A DNA stretch of 63,720 nt, filler included, from Rozella allomycis CSF55 (GCA_000442015.1; 9 parts of 9 records of this genome joined end to end with filler, not necessarily neighbours in it); one strand, 5' to 3'. Positions 23,013-36,551 are shown, numbered from the whole stretch's first letter. Program-made: numbers and translations. Notes: generated from the letters alone by a model not told the origin.

Positions 23013-24140
23013 TTATTTCTCCCTTGCTTTTCTTAACTCGAAGTGGTATTTCCCCGGATCCTTCAATTTTCATTTTGTCTGTTCCCGCCGTTGATACGTT
23101 TCTTGCGTGTATCTTTTCGACGTAATTTTCGAACGATTCACGGTGTGGTGACATGTGTGACGTCGCACCCGAATCCACTATCCATTCAACATATTCATTC
23201 TCACGTTCACTAATCATCATGGTTCGTTCTTCTTCATCTTCCCGCATAATTAATGCGATCTCACTTTCGTCACTTGATGAATCGTCATCGGCCATATTGG
23301 CTTGTTCCTTTGGTTTTGCTTCTCGCCGCACCTTCCCACTTTCTTTGGCAGTCAACTTCTTCCAAAGTAGNAGGGGTCGTCGGGACGAAGCTGTAAATAA
23401 AACGATGTCCATTGAAGTTCGGTTACAGGTCGGCCTCTTGTATTCATAAAATTGGGTGTCCATCCTGACTCACCATGCGGAAACAAAAGTGNGTTCCTTA
23501 CACAGTGAACGTTTTCTCGATCTTCGTCATTTTCAAACTTCAATTCCCGATAAGGTTTCTCTTGGTTCTGAGGTAGTAACGTTTGATTCAGCATATTCAC
23601 AAGCNATCTCTAAATAATCTCACGCCTGTTTGTTACATTCTCATCATCAATGATTTAAAACAGCAACATCATCAGCAGTAGGTAAATTATATCTTCGTAA
23701 ATCCNTATCGCATACGTAGCATCGTCCAGTGTACTACCTCGTTTCTTCGTCTTTTTGACTTTTCCGTCCAAAATTCATCGTCTTCCCTTGCTTCGTAATC
23801 ATTGCTACATCTTCGTCCTCCTTGGTGTCTATTTGATGTATAGTTGCGTGACCCGCTTTCCATGCCTTTCTCAACTCAGTTGTTCTTGCTTGTGCTTCTT
23901 CCCGCTGTGCGACTTGAGATAGTAGGTTCCTTACACAGTGAACGTTTTCTCGATCTTCGTCATTTTCAAACTTCAATTCCCGATAAGGTTTCTCTTGGTT
24001 CTGAGGTAGTAACGTTTGATTCAGCATATTCACAAGCTCGTAATCCATCGCCTAACCTCCCACATTCTGGAATTCATTGTATACTGTATACTTCATCGTA
24101 TCGTCTCAGGTAATCCGTCAATGATTCATTCTCGTCTTGA
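23013..24140 (-). mobile_element. Ty1/copia gag-protease fragments with an interleaved Helitron Rep fragment
   Basis: WIVDSGATSHM..IEGSG copia protease; LLFPHGESGW..FYLQLRP (23372-23491) resembles Helitron Rep; fragments separated by single Ns. Confidence 0.7.
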
Positions 24141-24223
24141 TAGAGGTTGTTGATCTTCATTCGTAGCGAGTTTTGTAGTTGTAGGTCTCGTCTCCCATAT
24201 TTGTTCTTAAAGAAGGTAACGAN

Positions 24224-24378
24224 CAAATTCCATGGTTATTGTTTGCTAATTGGGTATCAACATTTACACCTAATGACGTAAAAGTCCGGTAACGATTAAC
24301 TTGTGGTAAATTAATCGCACCCTTTTTGCAACAAAGTCCCTGCGATTCCTTACTGAATTTTTTTGGCGGCGCAATAAT
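24224..24378 (-). mobile_element. Helitron RepHel N-terminal fragment
   Basis: CCKKGAINLP and FTSLGVNVD match conserved Helitron Rep motifs. Confidence 0.6.
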
Positions 24379-25097
24379 NGATCTCACTTGGGTGCCTTAT
24401 GGTTGGCCAACTATCCTTCTCAAAGTGTGTAAGTATCAATTGTAGCATTGACGCTATGTGTCTAGCCATCCTCTCACTCCAGTCTCCTTGTTTCATTGCG
24501 GTCTCTCTCCCTGAAACCAACATGCCTCAAACGCAGTCCGCACGTCTTGGTTCCACCTGAACCAACTTCCCTNCGTTCGCTTCGCTATCAAATGCCGCAA
24601 GGTTATCAGCTTTGGACATGGTCTCGGGTTCGGCTTGCTGGTTAAGGGGCGGATCAGGCGGAATTATGTTCGGAGGAGGCACCCAGTTTCCATCATCGTT
24701 GGCGCTTCTTCGCTTATACTTGCTTCGATCTTTTTAGTATACATAAAGTTTCTCATACTTGCATTCTGGGCCAGGTACTCCAGCGCATCAGAGTCTTTTT
24801 TGTATCGGCTGGCGGCGTTGATCGCTGTCTGTCGACGTGGTCTCTTGGCCATAGGTATTTCCAGAAAATCCGGGATCTATTTTTAGACCAAAACCAAAAG
24901 TTGGGACTTCAACACACGGGTTTAGGAGCCGTTCTGGTTCAGACAATAGCCAATTTGCCTTCTGAATCGAATGGGCTTTTGCCAGTCTAATATATATATT
25001 TTGTGAAGTACTGTTTGGTGTAAATTTGGCCGAAAAATGTACGCCCCTAGGCATTTAAGAAATTTCGTGAACGCCAAACTATTAACTTTTCGCCTCN

Positions 25098-25260
25098 CTG
25101 ATTTTCCTTCAATAAATTGGTTAATGGTATAGCAATTTTAGAGTAATTGGAAATAAATTTTCGGTAATAATTTGTGACTCCTAAAAACCTTTGCAGCTGT
25201 TTTATATTTTTTGGTTCTTCCCATTTTTCGATTGACTGTACTTTATTCTTATGGGCCTGT
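25098..25260 (-). mobile_element. Ty3/gypsy RT-RNaseH connection fragment
   Basis: [39 protein letters not shown]. Confidence 0.85.
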
Positions 25261-25889
25261 TTCATGATGCCCTGCTCCGCCTCTGCCTTGAAAATCAGAA
25301 ATTTGATTNTATTTGATTTAGTAATTTTCCGTCTCATGTCAGCTTGTGTATTTGCTCTGCTTAGTTTGAAAACGAAACACTATTTGTATTCTGATAAAGA
25401 GAATTTTTGTGCTAAGGTAATAAAATGGTTGAACAAAGTTACTNTAAAGGCAATAAAATGGTTGAAAAAAGTTACTTTATTCAATTGTTTTATTTATTCC
25501 AGGTCGATTGTGTGTACGGACCGAGTTGGTTTCATAACAAGAAAAACCAACGTAATTACAGTTCACAATGTTTATTAAAAAATAAAATTGTGTTTTCTAT
25601 AGTTTAATTGGCTCCGATAACTGAACAAACTAAGTTCACCAGTTCAACCCGACAGATTTGAATTTTTGATGGTCTAAAAACTAAAACATTATTCTAAATT
25701 GTATTTTAATATTACACCTCGAAGTGTCACGAATTATTTTGAGGGTTTCTATTACCAGGGTCCCGAAACACAAGNGAATTATTTTATATATTTGTGGCCG
25801 ATTGTGTGGACGGACCGAGTTGGTTTCATAGCAAGAAAAACCAACGTAAATACAGTCAACAATGTTTGTGTTTTCCGAATATCCAATAA

Positions 25890-26400
25890 GTAGGTTCTTC
25901 GAATAGAACAAAATGCAGATGGTTCTATTGCTCGATATAAAGCTAGACTTGTTGTTCGAGGATATTCTCAAGTTGCTATTGTATTTTGATGAAGATTCGC
26001 TTTCGGCTCCTGTCTCGCATATGGTTTCTTCTAATCAAATGAAAGAATTTTGTTTACAAAATGTTTTAATTACCAATTCTGATCGTCCAAGCCTTCGTCG
26101 ATACCTACATAAGAGAAACCAGTGTATAAATAAATTACCTTTTTCTCACAACTTCTAATAAAATGGAACTCAAATTCAAACAACAACTTCTTACACACCT
26201 CAACAAAATGGAATAGCTGAAAAACTAAATAGAATTTTTCTTAATTCTGTCAGATCTATGTTACATCACAGTAATTTGCCTTTTACATTATGGTCTGAAG
26301 CTTTAGCAAATCAAGTTTACATTCACAACATCTCTACTTTATCTTTCAACAACTACTCTAAAACTGCTTCAGAACTTTGGACTGGAAAAACTCCATGGAG
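25890..26400 (+). mobile_element. Ty1/copia RT and integrase fragments (degenerate)
   Basis: DGSIARYKARLVVRGYSQ; TSYTPQQNGIAEKLNR..RSMLHHSNLPFTLWSEAL..ELWTGKTP. Confidence 0.85.
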
Positions 26401-27592
26401 TCGAGGGCCGTGGAGAGCTTTAGTAAGTAAATCGGCGAGCATTCGTTGACTTTCACATAAAGTTACATGTGTAGTTCGATTTTCATGCTGCTGTCTAGTA
26501 ATATGATATGCNNNNNNNNNNNNNNNNNNNNNNNNNNNNNNNNNNNNNNNNNNNNTTAATTAATTAANNNNNNNNNNNNNNNNNNNNNNNNNNNNNNNNN
26601 NNNNNNNNNNNGCCGCATAACTGAATTTAGGTAAATAAGCAAACCCGTGAGAACTTTCGTCATGTACTAAATCCGTTCAGCACCTCACTTGGAGATCATA
26701 CAAGCTCTAATTTAACGATATTATTTCTTACCTTCCTTTTTTAAGGTATCGAATCGTTGTAGAATTCCTAATTGCGTGATTTTTTCAAGAAGGGGCTTTC
26801 AAAATTAAAAACTGGAAGGAAAAGCTTAGGAAAGGTGTTTAAATACTCCAATGAAGCATACAAACTCAAGAATTACCTCAGCGCTTTACAATATTGACAA
26901 CTGGCTGTATAATTTAAGGAAACTATTTCATTGTTTCCAGAGCTTGCCTACTCTGCTGTGTTGGACTCAGATGGTTACTTTTTTCTTTTCTCTTGTGTCC
27001 ATGATCGGTTTGGAGTAATCTGTTGGCTTGTCAACCGACTTACAATTGTTAATTATTGCTGGAGCCAAGTTTGATGATAGTATGGATGTGACTCTTATAT
27101 CTCTGTACATGCAACGCTTTGAATGTCCAGCCTACCTTGTTCAAATGAATGTTGTTACTATTGAATAGTAAATACATGGAGTGCTTTAATGCTTCCGAAG
27201 TTTAAATTAGCTTTATTGTTTTTTTACCTTTTATGCCATAAATAGATTTTAAGATGTTTCAAATATGCGTATTCGGTCATTAATGCATAAAGAAAAATGA
27301 TAATTACGTCATTAGATGAATATAATTAAATTGGACTTTATACCCGCTCATTTAGGGTTGAATTCTTTACGTAACAGCATGAATCTAATCAAGACTCAGT
27401 CCCTCAAAATCATCAAAAATCCTCCCGCATTGCATGAAATTATAGATCGCATAAATAAACAATAATTTTGCATCAAACTAAGCTATAAAGCTTAATTTCA
27501 AAGTCCGGTTCTGGACCGTCAAAATAGTGCCACATCAGATTTAGTGACGTAAGAAACCAGTTTGTGTCCAAAATTAATCGATTTAACAACAC

Positions 27593-28000
27593 ATGACATT
27601 TCGGTCAAATGCAAAGTATGACGGCTATTTTAGCGTATTCGATGACGATATATTACCCCAGAAAGCCATACCCCCAGCAGTTGTCTCACACGGTCAGAGT
27701 CTGGTGAAAAAGTGTCCATGGGAATGCAAGAGAAAAGGAACGGTGGGTAGTGCGGAGGATATTTATGGGGCGATTACTTTTGAAAAAATGATTTTGGGAC
27801 ACGAACAGAGCGAGGTGCTTTCGTCGCTAACGAGTGAAATGAACTCAAGTGGTACCTCGAGGGGTTTTGATGTTTTGGCATTGATTGAAAAGAGGAGAGC
27901 AAAAAAGAATAGCCATGTTGAAGATGAAGTCAAGGATGAAGGATATGCGACGACAAGTACCATGGATGGCAAATATGCGTACAAGTTTTCATCCTGGTAA
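27593..28000 (+). CDS. Hypothetical protein (135 aa)
   Basis: ATG-initiated ORF converging on RIF1; no family recognised. Confidence 0.45.
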   Translation: MTFRSNAKYDGYFSVFDDDILPQKAIPPAVVSHGQSLVKKCPWECKRKGTVGSAEDIYGAITFEKMILGHEQSEVLSSLTSEMNSSGTSRGFDVLALIEKRRAKKNSHVEDEVKDEGYATTSTMDGKYAYKFSSW

Positions 28001-28094
28001 AGAATAAAAAACCAATTTATAATTNGGTAAAGAATAAAAAACCAAATTATAATTTTTTAATCACTTGAATTTAATTGATAAAATTACAAGATAT

Positions 28095-31000
28095 TTATTT
28101 TTTTGAGTTTTGAACAAGAGTTTCGTTTACTTTTTGCAACATGACTATCAATTGTGATTGATATTCTAGCAGATTTTCATTGTTTGCATTTTCCAACTGT
28201 TTTTCTAGCAGTACTTTCCAGTCATTGTCCTTGGAGGAACAATCCATCTCTACGTCTTGTTGCGCATCATCGACAGTTTCAATCTTCTCACTTCTTTGGG
28301 TTATTTGTACTGCATTATTTTCATTTTTACTTTCATTTTGATTTAATTTACTTTCATCTTGAATCTTTTCTTCAATTCTATCTGGAATAGAATCAATTTC
28401 CAACACATCATCTTCGTTATCACTTTCCACATGCAACTGTTTAATCCCAAAGCATTTCTTTCCTAGAGGAGAGTTTGGAAACGCTGGAATGTCAAACTGA
28501 ACGCGTTTCGCTGTCGGTGTATCCAATGTTGACAATGGGGCGTATGCTTTCTTCTTAAGAATTCCACCAGGCGACGCGAAATTTGGAGAAGCAAAAGTTG
28601 GGTTATTTGCTAAACGTTTTGTTGTTGGACTGTTCTGAACACTTGAACTAGATTTAGGGCTATTTTGAACTGAATTGGAAGTTGAATCTATTTTGATGTT
28701 TTTTAATTTTGAAGTTTTCTCGCTTCTTTTTCTTTTTCTTTGAACGATTTCTAATTGAGAAAATTGAGATGAGGTTTCTGATTTGTTTTCCAAAATTTCA
28801 GAAATCCAAAATTGTTTTTCATTGTTGAGGAATTGAATTAATTTTGGAAGATTTTTGGACAAAAGATCACCTTGATCTTTTAATTTTTTAAATATTTCTT
28901 TAATTAAAGTAAACTAGATGTCAATTGATGTATAAGTTTACGTTTTTGGATTGAATTAGAAAATCTGAAATTTCGACAATGAAAAGTAGTAATGCTTTAT
29001 CATTAAGAGAATCAATGAAGACTGGAAGATTATTTACAAATGAAGTATTTTTGTGTAATAAAATGGAAACAAATTTGAAAAGATGTTTTAAATGAGAAGT
29101 AATGGGATCAAATGTAGAAGTTTTTGACGATTTCTCTTTTAATGTAACAGGAGCGTGAATTTTGAGATTTTTCATTAAAAATAGAACAATTCTAGACCAA
29201 ATCTCTATAGATTGACTAGATAAAGGAAAGAGAAGAAAAGTACTATTTTTCAATTATGGAAGGATCGTTAAAGAGGAAATCCAACCAGGAAAGGTAATCT
29301 TTCTTTTGATTTCTAACAACATTGTAAAAAGTAAGAAAAAGTTGTTCCCATCCATTTAAATGTTCATCAGTTAACAAAGTAGATTGATTGAAAGGGAGTG
29401 AAAGAACTTTTAAAATGGATGAATGACATTCCCCTTCATTTACTAATAAATCTTCACAGACCATTCTTGTTTCTTCAATGTACAATCTCAATTCAAATGC
29501 TAAAATTAAACTCTCTAAAAATAATTACCCAATTTTAGCCACAATTCTATTTTTAGTTTTTCATTTCTTATTAAAGAATTTTCATCAAATAAATCACTTG
29601 ATTCCATTAGAGTTAAAAGAGAATTTAAACATTCCAGCTTTATGAAATAAGAAAGAATTAATTTACCATTTCACTTCCATATTTCATTGTGTTTATTAAT
29701 AATTGAAAAGTATCAATTAAATCAAATTCCCAATCTTTGTTCAAATTGTTTGCATTAGTTTTCAGCAAGCCACAAATTAAGAAATCTAAAAATAGAATTG
29801 TAAATTTCAGAATTACTTAGAGGTGTGATTTTCATTCCAAGAAATTTTTCAGATTTAATAGAAAATGTATTTTTGCCAAATGCTAAGAGGGTTGGTTCTA
29901 ATAAATGACAAAATAAATAGAATTTGTATTCTTCTTGACATTTCCAGCCATTTGGAATTTCAACATTAACAGTTACGTAAATTTCATAAAGAAAATTTAC
30001 AACTTTTGAAAACATTTTGTGATATTCAGGAATTGATCCAAATCCTTCTCTTGTTAATTTTTGAATACTTTTCAAAATCAAAGTCCACGATGAATTTAAA
30101 TTTGAAGGAATTATTTTGTTTCCAGAACTTTCCCATTCAATTATTTCATTCTTCATTAAATCTTTATTCTTTAATTCTTTTTTTATTAATTCGCAAACGC
30201 CGCCAATTATTGAATTCAAAAATTTAATGTCAACAACAACATTTAAATCCTCATTTGTTATTTCTCTCATTAAAAGATTTTTGGTGCTTGAAGCTGCATA
30301 ATTCTTTTCTGTCACAATCATCGCCAAGGTCTCAATTATTCTTCCAGCCTCGCCAATATCCAACACAGGCGTCAACCAACTGTCCACTGTCGATTTAACG
30401 TTATTCTGTAAACTGAAAATTATGCTTCTCCAAAGTCTAAACGCCATTTCTCTCAATTTTAAATTTGTATCATTTTTCATTGAATCTATTACAGGGGCCA
30501 TAATCATGTCAATCTTTTTGTTGAAAATTTCACTTTCTGAGAAATAATATATAAATGGTCTCCTTTGGATTAAATTTAAATTATTACATCCATGCATTCA
30601 TCGCTGCATATCTCGCATTAACATTTCTTGTATTGAATCCCTTTTCTACAATCTTCATCGCATCTCCCAACGTTGCATGATTAATCAATCTATTCCCTTT
30701 TATTCTAAATTCAATTTTCTTACCTATAAACCCAACAGATACACCCAAAGATCCAATCACACTCTCCTCTTTTCCTTCAATCTTTATTAATCCCTTCAGT
30801 TCATTCATTGTCTTTTCAACAAAAAATTTAAATAATATCTTTATTTCATTTCGTCTGTCTTTTTTACTTTATTTAATTCATTCCTTTTCTCTGCTTTTAC
30901 CTCCAACCACAACTGCATTCCTTTTGTCAACACACCTTGACCTGCTTCTCTCAGTCTACTCCTCCATTAATTACATTCATACTTTGGTATCGAACTTGAC

Positions 31001-31604
31001 AAAAATTTAAATGCATTTAATATCCATTTATCCATCATCTTTTTCATTTGTCCTGGGTACATCTCAATCCATCTTTGATACGCCTACAACATCACAATCA
31101 TATACTTACCAACAATCCCTCCAACTGTATCGAAGACGACTCAAACTTTGAATGAATTGCCTTATCAATCCCTTCCAACAGCCTCCCAACAAACGGCCCC
31201 ACATATCCTCCTCCAATCCTCTGCACCGAACAACACCACACAGCATAATTAGCCATCAACTACAACACACCAACACCAAAACCTCACCTTGCTCTCACTC
31301 TGCTCCATCTTCTCACACAAAAACTCACACACTCTTTTCACCCTCTCCTTTGCTTGCTTCTCATCGCCTTTCCTTTTCCATATTATTTCTTACTAAAAAA
31401 TTGAAATAAATTCGTATGGTGCAAAAGGGAACCAAGACATTTGAACCCACTGTCAATGTTCTGGCTTTTCTGGATGTCACTTTCAACAGATTCATAAACG
31501 CACCAGTAGTCGCTTATCTTGGGACTGTTGAATATTTCGGGGTGCAATTTTAAATATGTCGTGACGAAACGCGTGCCTGCATTTTCTGATGCTTCAACGA
31601 CCAT
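28095..31604 (-). CDS. RIF1: Rap1-interacting factor 1 (Rif1) homolog, multi-exon
   Basis: HEAT-like N-terminal exons (MANYAVWCCSVQ, FESSSIQLEGL, NARYAAMNAW, LREMAFRLW) resembling Rif1_N; SPGGILKK and KRVQF PP1-docking motifs; short C-terminal helical domain; start approximate. Confidence 0.75.
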
Positions 31605-31764
31605 CAATGATCAATGAATGCAAGGGTGGATTTTCAGTATTGCAAAGAATATGAAGATTTGAAATGTTTTGCTTTTAATTCGAAATAAAAGATACTCTTA
31701 TTAACTTTTCCTACCTGAAATCAAAGTCTAAGTAAATCTACAGTTCTGCCTATGGGATGTTTGC

Positions 31765-31926
31765 TATCGGGCGGGGTACGACTCCAGACACCATTATTGA
31801 AGATCGTGTTAACACCATTTTCACTTCGATTACACACTCACTTTAAGGGTCAAGGGATTTATAAATGTTTTGGGTAGCAGTAAAAATTATAAAGTCTCAC
31901 AGTGCTCGTTAAATCGGACGGGGAGT
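31765..31926. mobile_element. Degenerate 5' end and internal segment of the HINE-like family, abutting an oppositely oriented 3' end
   Basis: TATCGGGCGGGG.TACGAC resembles the 47841/48481 ends; CCATTTTCACTTCGA.TACACACTCAC matches 48543-48569; 37-bp terminus at 31892-31926. Confidence 0.5.
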
Positions 31927-32049
31927 TAATAATTAATCAGGGATTAGCANNNNNNNNNNNNNNNNNNNNNNNNNNNNNNNNNNNNNNNNNNNNTTAATTA
32001 ATTAANNNNNNNNNNNNNNNNNNNNNNNNNNNNNNNNNNNNNNNNNNNN

Positions 32050-33595
32050 TCACTGTCATAGCATTTAACTTACGATAATCTACACATAACCATCCCTTTT
32101 TATAACGAATAATATTGGCGCACCAGATGGTGACTTACTCTGAGTAATAAATCCTTTATCCATATTTTCATTTATGTATTCTCTTAAACATTTTAATTCT
32201 GGCTCTGTTAGATTATATATGGGTAAATATGGTGGTTCTGATCAGGTATTAGGTCGATGGATATATCATTTTTTGGATGTTCTGGTAAAATATCTGCATT
32301 TTGTTTTTTGAATATTTCAGAAAATAACATATATTGTTTAGGAATAAAATACGTTGTTTTGTCCTTGTATATATTTTCACTGACTTTGATGGTACCAAAC
32401 ATAGATATTTCTCTTGATTTTCAAGTTTTCTTAATTTTGTCATAGAAATTCGGATTATTGATATTCTTGGTTTATCCTTTGGCAATTCAGTTGTTTGCAC
32501 TGTTTTTAATGTCTTGTGCACCTTTTTCCGATGAAGCGAAATGTTTTACCTGTCATCCAAACCTTAAGCCAACGCCTTGTGATCATTTCTTTAACGCTAA
32601 AAAGTGTTGGGTTTGTCATCCAAATTTGAAACACACTAAAACGAAAGGCAAAGCCACAGCCAACGCTGCCGATGCTGATGATGATTCGAATAAATCCGCT
32701 TCTGAAGCTTACATGTCTTTTCTGTTTGATTCTGGTTCGAATATNTTGCTATGCCAAAATGTCCACCTAACAGGCTGTCATGACAATCATATAAAATCTG
32801 TTGACGCAACATACAATTAGGAATATACAACTGTTGGTTATGATATAAAATGTCATCATTAAATTTAAACTTAGAAGTTGCAATGTTCGTATGTGTTTTT
32901 TGAATTATTTGATAAAAAGTGTCATTTCATATTCAAATAGTTATCCGAATCAGAAGATACCTTGAAAGAGGTTAGAAATTTTTCTTTTGGAATTAAGACT
33001 TGAGGTGTTAAGTTTAAGATTAAATTCGAATGAGCTGTTTCATACTCTTGTTTTCTGCTGAGAACATCTGCAATGACATTCTTGGTTCCTGAGATATATT
33101 CTATGATAACATCATAATCTTGAAAAATAAGGACCAACGAATTTGTCTTCGGTTTAAATTCTGCGAGAGACTAAAATATTTTAAATATTTATGGTCAGGT
33201 TGCACAACAATTTGAAATTGACTACTCAAAAAATTAATGTCTCCATTCTTCAAAACATGCTTTTATAGCCAAAAGTTCCTTATCATGGACTTGATAGTTC
33301 ATTTCATTTTTATCTAAGTTACGAGAGTAGAATGCTATTGGTCTCAACGAATTAATAATTATCAATATCTTGTAACAATACCCCTCCAATCGCGTAATCT
33401 GACGCGTCTGTCTGGACAATAAATGGTACTGAAAAATCTGCATATTTTAAACAAGGGCGTTGACAAAATAGTTTCTTTAAACACTCTCTTCGCAAGCAGA
33501 ATGCCAAATGTATTTGCTATTCTTCTTTAATAAATTTGTCAAGGGAGTAACAATTTGGGCGTAACCAGGTATGAATTTTCGATAGAAGTTAGAAA
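32050..33595 (-). mobile_element. Ty3/gypsy pol fragments (RT, RNaseH, integrase Zn finger) with an inserted + strand copia-like gag/protease piece (32520-32745)
   Basis: [94 protein letters not shown] on the + strand. Confidence 0.85.
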
Positions 33596-33695
33596 NNNNN
33601 NNNNNNNNNNNNNNNNNNNNNNNNNNNNNNNNNNNNNNNTTAATTAATTAANNNNNNNNNNNNNNNNNNNNNNNNNNNNNNNNNNNNNNNNNNNN

Positions 33696-33885
33696 AGGGT
33701 TGTCCTTATAGATCGCATAAGTTTTATTAGCACCTCCGGGTTCGCACGCCATTTATTGTACTCACTTCAATCGCTTTCACATTGAAAAAATGTCTATAGC
33801 CTCCAGACTAACAACTAACAAAGTGAAGCATTGTCTATTTACCCATTGTATTGACTATTTTATCCACATCTGAAACGCTTAAAGA
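33696..33885. mobile_element. Fragment of the non-autonomous Helitron family seen at 54-55.7 kb
   Basis: Shared CCGGGTTCGC.CGCCATT and TTGTCTATTTACCCATTGTATTGACTATTTTAT. Confidence 0.6.
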
Positions 33886-33960
33886 NACAATGTGGAAAAA
33901 ATTCTTTGATAAACTATATTTATTCGTTTCTAATTTACTTTCACTAAATCAAAATCAGTA

Positions 33961-34658
33961 TCAATAATTACACCCGTATGATTCAGGAAGTTGCTCAACC
34001 ATGACCTTTCTTTGATTAACATACATAATGGGAACGCCTGGAATCTGCCTAATTCTTTTTTTTAAAGCTTTGTCATGCGTGGCTACAATGTAACACTTAT
34101 GCTGGGTGACCCTTTGTACGATACAATCGTCAGCATACGTCCCTTCGTGGCAGCATTTGAGTCTTTTAAATCTAGGATCTCTGGCAATCCTTTTTAAACA
34201 AAAAATATAAACTACGTAAGAGCAACTCGAAATTTGGATCCTAATTTTTCAATTTCCGCTAGAACACAATCAGTGATGCAAGGAATACATTTTGCATACA
34301 GACAATCCATCATAGCAGAAATAATTTCTAGCTTGTTTTGAATAGCCATATTTATAAAATTTGTATCCAATATAATGTGATAAGGTGGCCCCAAACTCTG
34401 ATTATATCGAAAAAAAAGAGAAGATGAAACCTGGTCACTATTTTGGGTGCTCAAAAAAGGTTACACATGCCGAACATGCTTTTTCTTTTCTTCTACAAGT
34501 TTTTCTTTTTCTTTTTCCTTATTAACTTGTCTAACTTTTACATATTAAGAGATTATTACAATCGTGCATCTTTCGGGGTCAGAATCCTCTTTACCGTTGC
34601 AAACTTCTTGGTTTTCTTTACTTTTGGCTGCACAAAGTAAATTTATGTTCTTTACCAT
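33961..34658 (-). CDS. FCF1: rRNA-processing PIN nuclease Fcf1/Utp24, multi-exon
   Basis: [80 protein letters not shown]; 28-nt intron directly after the ATG. Confidence 0.96.
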
Positions 34659-34703
34659 TTATAAAAACAATGTGGCTAAGCACTGCAAATAATGGCACTT
34701 TAT

Positions 34704-35267
34704 TTAGATGGTCGAATTAGTGATAGATATTTGAAAAGAACATCCCGAGTCATATAATTCCGTAGTAACTTCACTATTAAACCCCAAAGAAGTCATGAAT
34801 CCTCTGATTAGGCCACATGAGTATGATATAATCTGACTATATATAATCGGATTCAGTTACTAGTTTAGAGTATATTAAACCATCAGATTTTCTGTCATAC
34901 TTATTCTCTAGCCAGCCTAAGCAATAATCTTGAAGTACAAATGTGCCCTAGTCATTATTAAGCCAGGTAATTTTGTTACTCTGTTGTTGGTTTTAAGGTT
35001 ATCGATTTGTTTGCCAAAAATCAATGACCAGAGATCCCTACACAGTAATTTCACTGCATCTAGGTCTTCAAAAAGTTTTGGCTTATCTTTAGTCAGTCTT
35101 ATAGTGTTTTTAAAAAGTCTCTACTGTGTACTTAGTGAATATCCAACGCGATAACCAATGCTGTCCATCTTCATCATAGTAATTTCTGAATCAAATCCAA
35201 ATGTCTTCACAAAGTTATCGATAATTTCGCTCAGAAGAAAATCATAGGCGACATGGCTGATGAGCAT
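34704..35267 (-). CDS. TRS33: TRAPP complex subunit 6 (Trs33), multi-exon
   Basis: [43 protein letters not shown]. Confidence 0.9.
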
Positions 35268-35983
35268 TTAGGAATTTACAAAATTGGGAAGCACTATAAA
35301 AAAAACAAAAATGGTAGATCTGTGTATAGGGAGAGTAAAGGATTATTAGATCCTTTCCAATTGTAGATTTACCATTTCAAAATTATCTGTTTATAAATTG
35401 ATATGGAAGTCAATATGGTGGGAAACTAGGCCTTCAGCCCATCAGATTTTTATTTGGAGGCTTTTTGGTGGGCCAGTGGACTGAAAATCAAGATAGTACC
35501 ATTTTCGCTTTTCAACCACTCTTACTTTAGGGCATTTTTAACGGTCTCCTATTGTCAATTGGAACGAAATAACTCGTGTTTTACTACACATCGGTGAGGA
35601 TTTCTGTTGCAGCTTATTACTCATCAACTTCTCAATTATTGATTTGAAAAATAGATGTTACTACTTACTTGACATATTTTTAACTCAATGGTCCTAATTT
35701 TATGACTGAAATAAGGGTATAGACAAATTCGCGACATTAATTCCGCAGCCAAAGCTGGTCAAGGATGTAATGTAACTCCTTAAAGTGAATGTGGTAAACA
35801 TGATAGAGGGCCTCAAGATTATCATTATAGCTTGAGAATTTGTTTCTTCCATAGCTCGTGAGTTTTCGTAACAGTAATGGCAAATATTGTATGCAATCGA
35901 GAGCGCCATTATATGTATTTCCATCATGAAAACTTTTTGGCATTTATTTTGAAAGTCCCGTCTTCCTTGTTCACATTATCTAT

Positions 35984-36540
35984 TTACATCAGCTCTTCGT
36001 CAATGCATTTTGAAAATATCAAATGAGACTTTTTGTGGGGAAAATCTTGGGGAAGGATTTTATTTTCGAACAAATCCTTTAAAATCGACATGATATTTCT
36101 TAATTAAACTTTTTAGTTGTTTACGCTATGCTAGATTTGACGATGAGTCCTTTTTTCGACAAAGCAGATACAAGTTCATTTTGGTGGTTATCCATTAATG
36201 ACTCATTAACTACAGCTATACATTTCTTTTTAGCCCGCATACATTCCATTAAAGTACCAGCACCAGAAAATCAGGAGAGACATTATTTACCCGCATGAGA
36301 TATAACAATATCAGCAGCTTTAAGGTCTTCATGTATAGTTTCTTTATGTTGATAAATTGTTATCGACAAAGATTGGGAATGTTCAACAGTACCAAAGTTT
36401 GGAGGAAGAAGCGTCCCGCATTGAATTGTTAAATACCTGAAATCGAGCTTTTTCAATTCAATAATAAATTCGTGTGATGTTACACAAGAAATTAAATCAC
36501 TGAATTCTGTACTTCCTACTGTGACAAACAATTTAGCCAT
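35984..36540 (-). CDS. ALG13: UDP-GlcNAc transferase subunit ALG13, multi-exon
   Basis: LFVTVGSTEF, ADIVISHAGAGTLME, VVNESLMDNHQNEL. Confidence 0.92.
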
Positions 36541-36551
36541 GGAAATCTTTT

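Noticed and set aside
23013-26511. Apparent chimeric copia-gypsy-Helitron super-element
   Set aside because: Most fragments are separated by Ns; mis-scaffolded repeat scraps are more likely than a real composite
35311-35943. Possible gene between TRS33 and ALG13
   Set aside because: Short ORFs and splice-like signals on both strands, but no consistent model or recognisable family could be built
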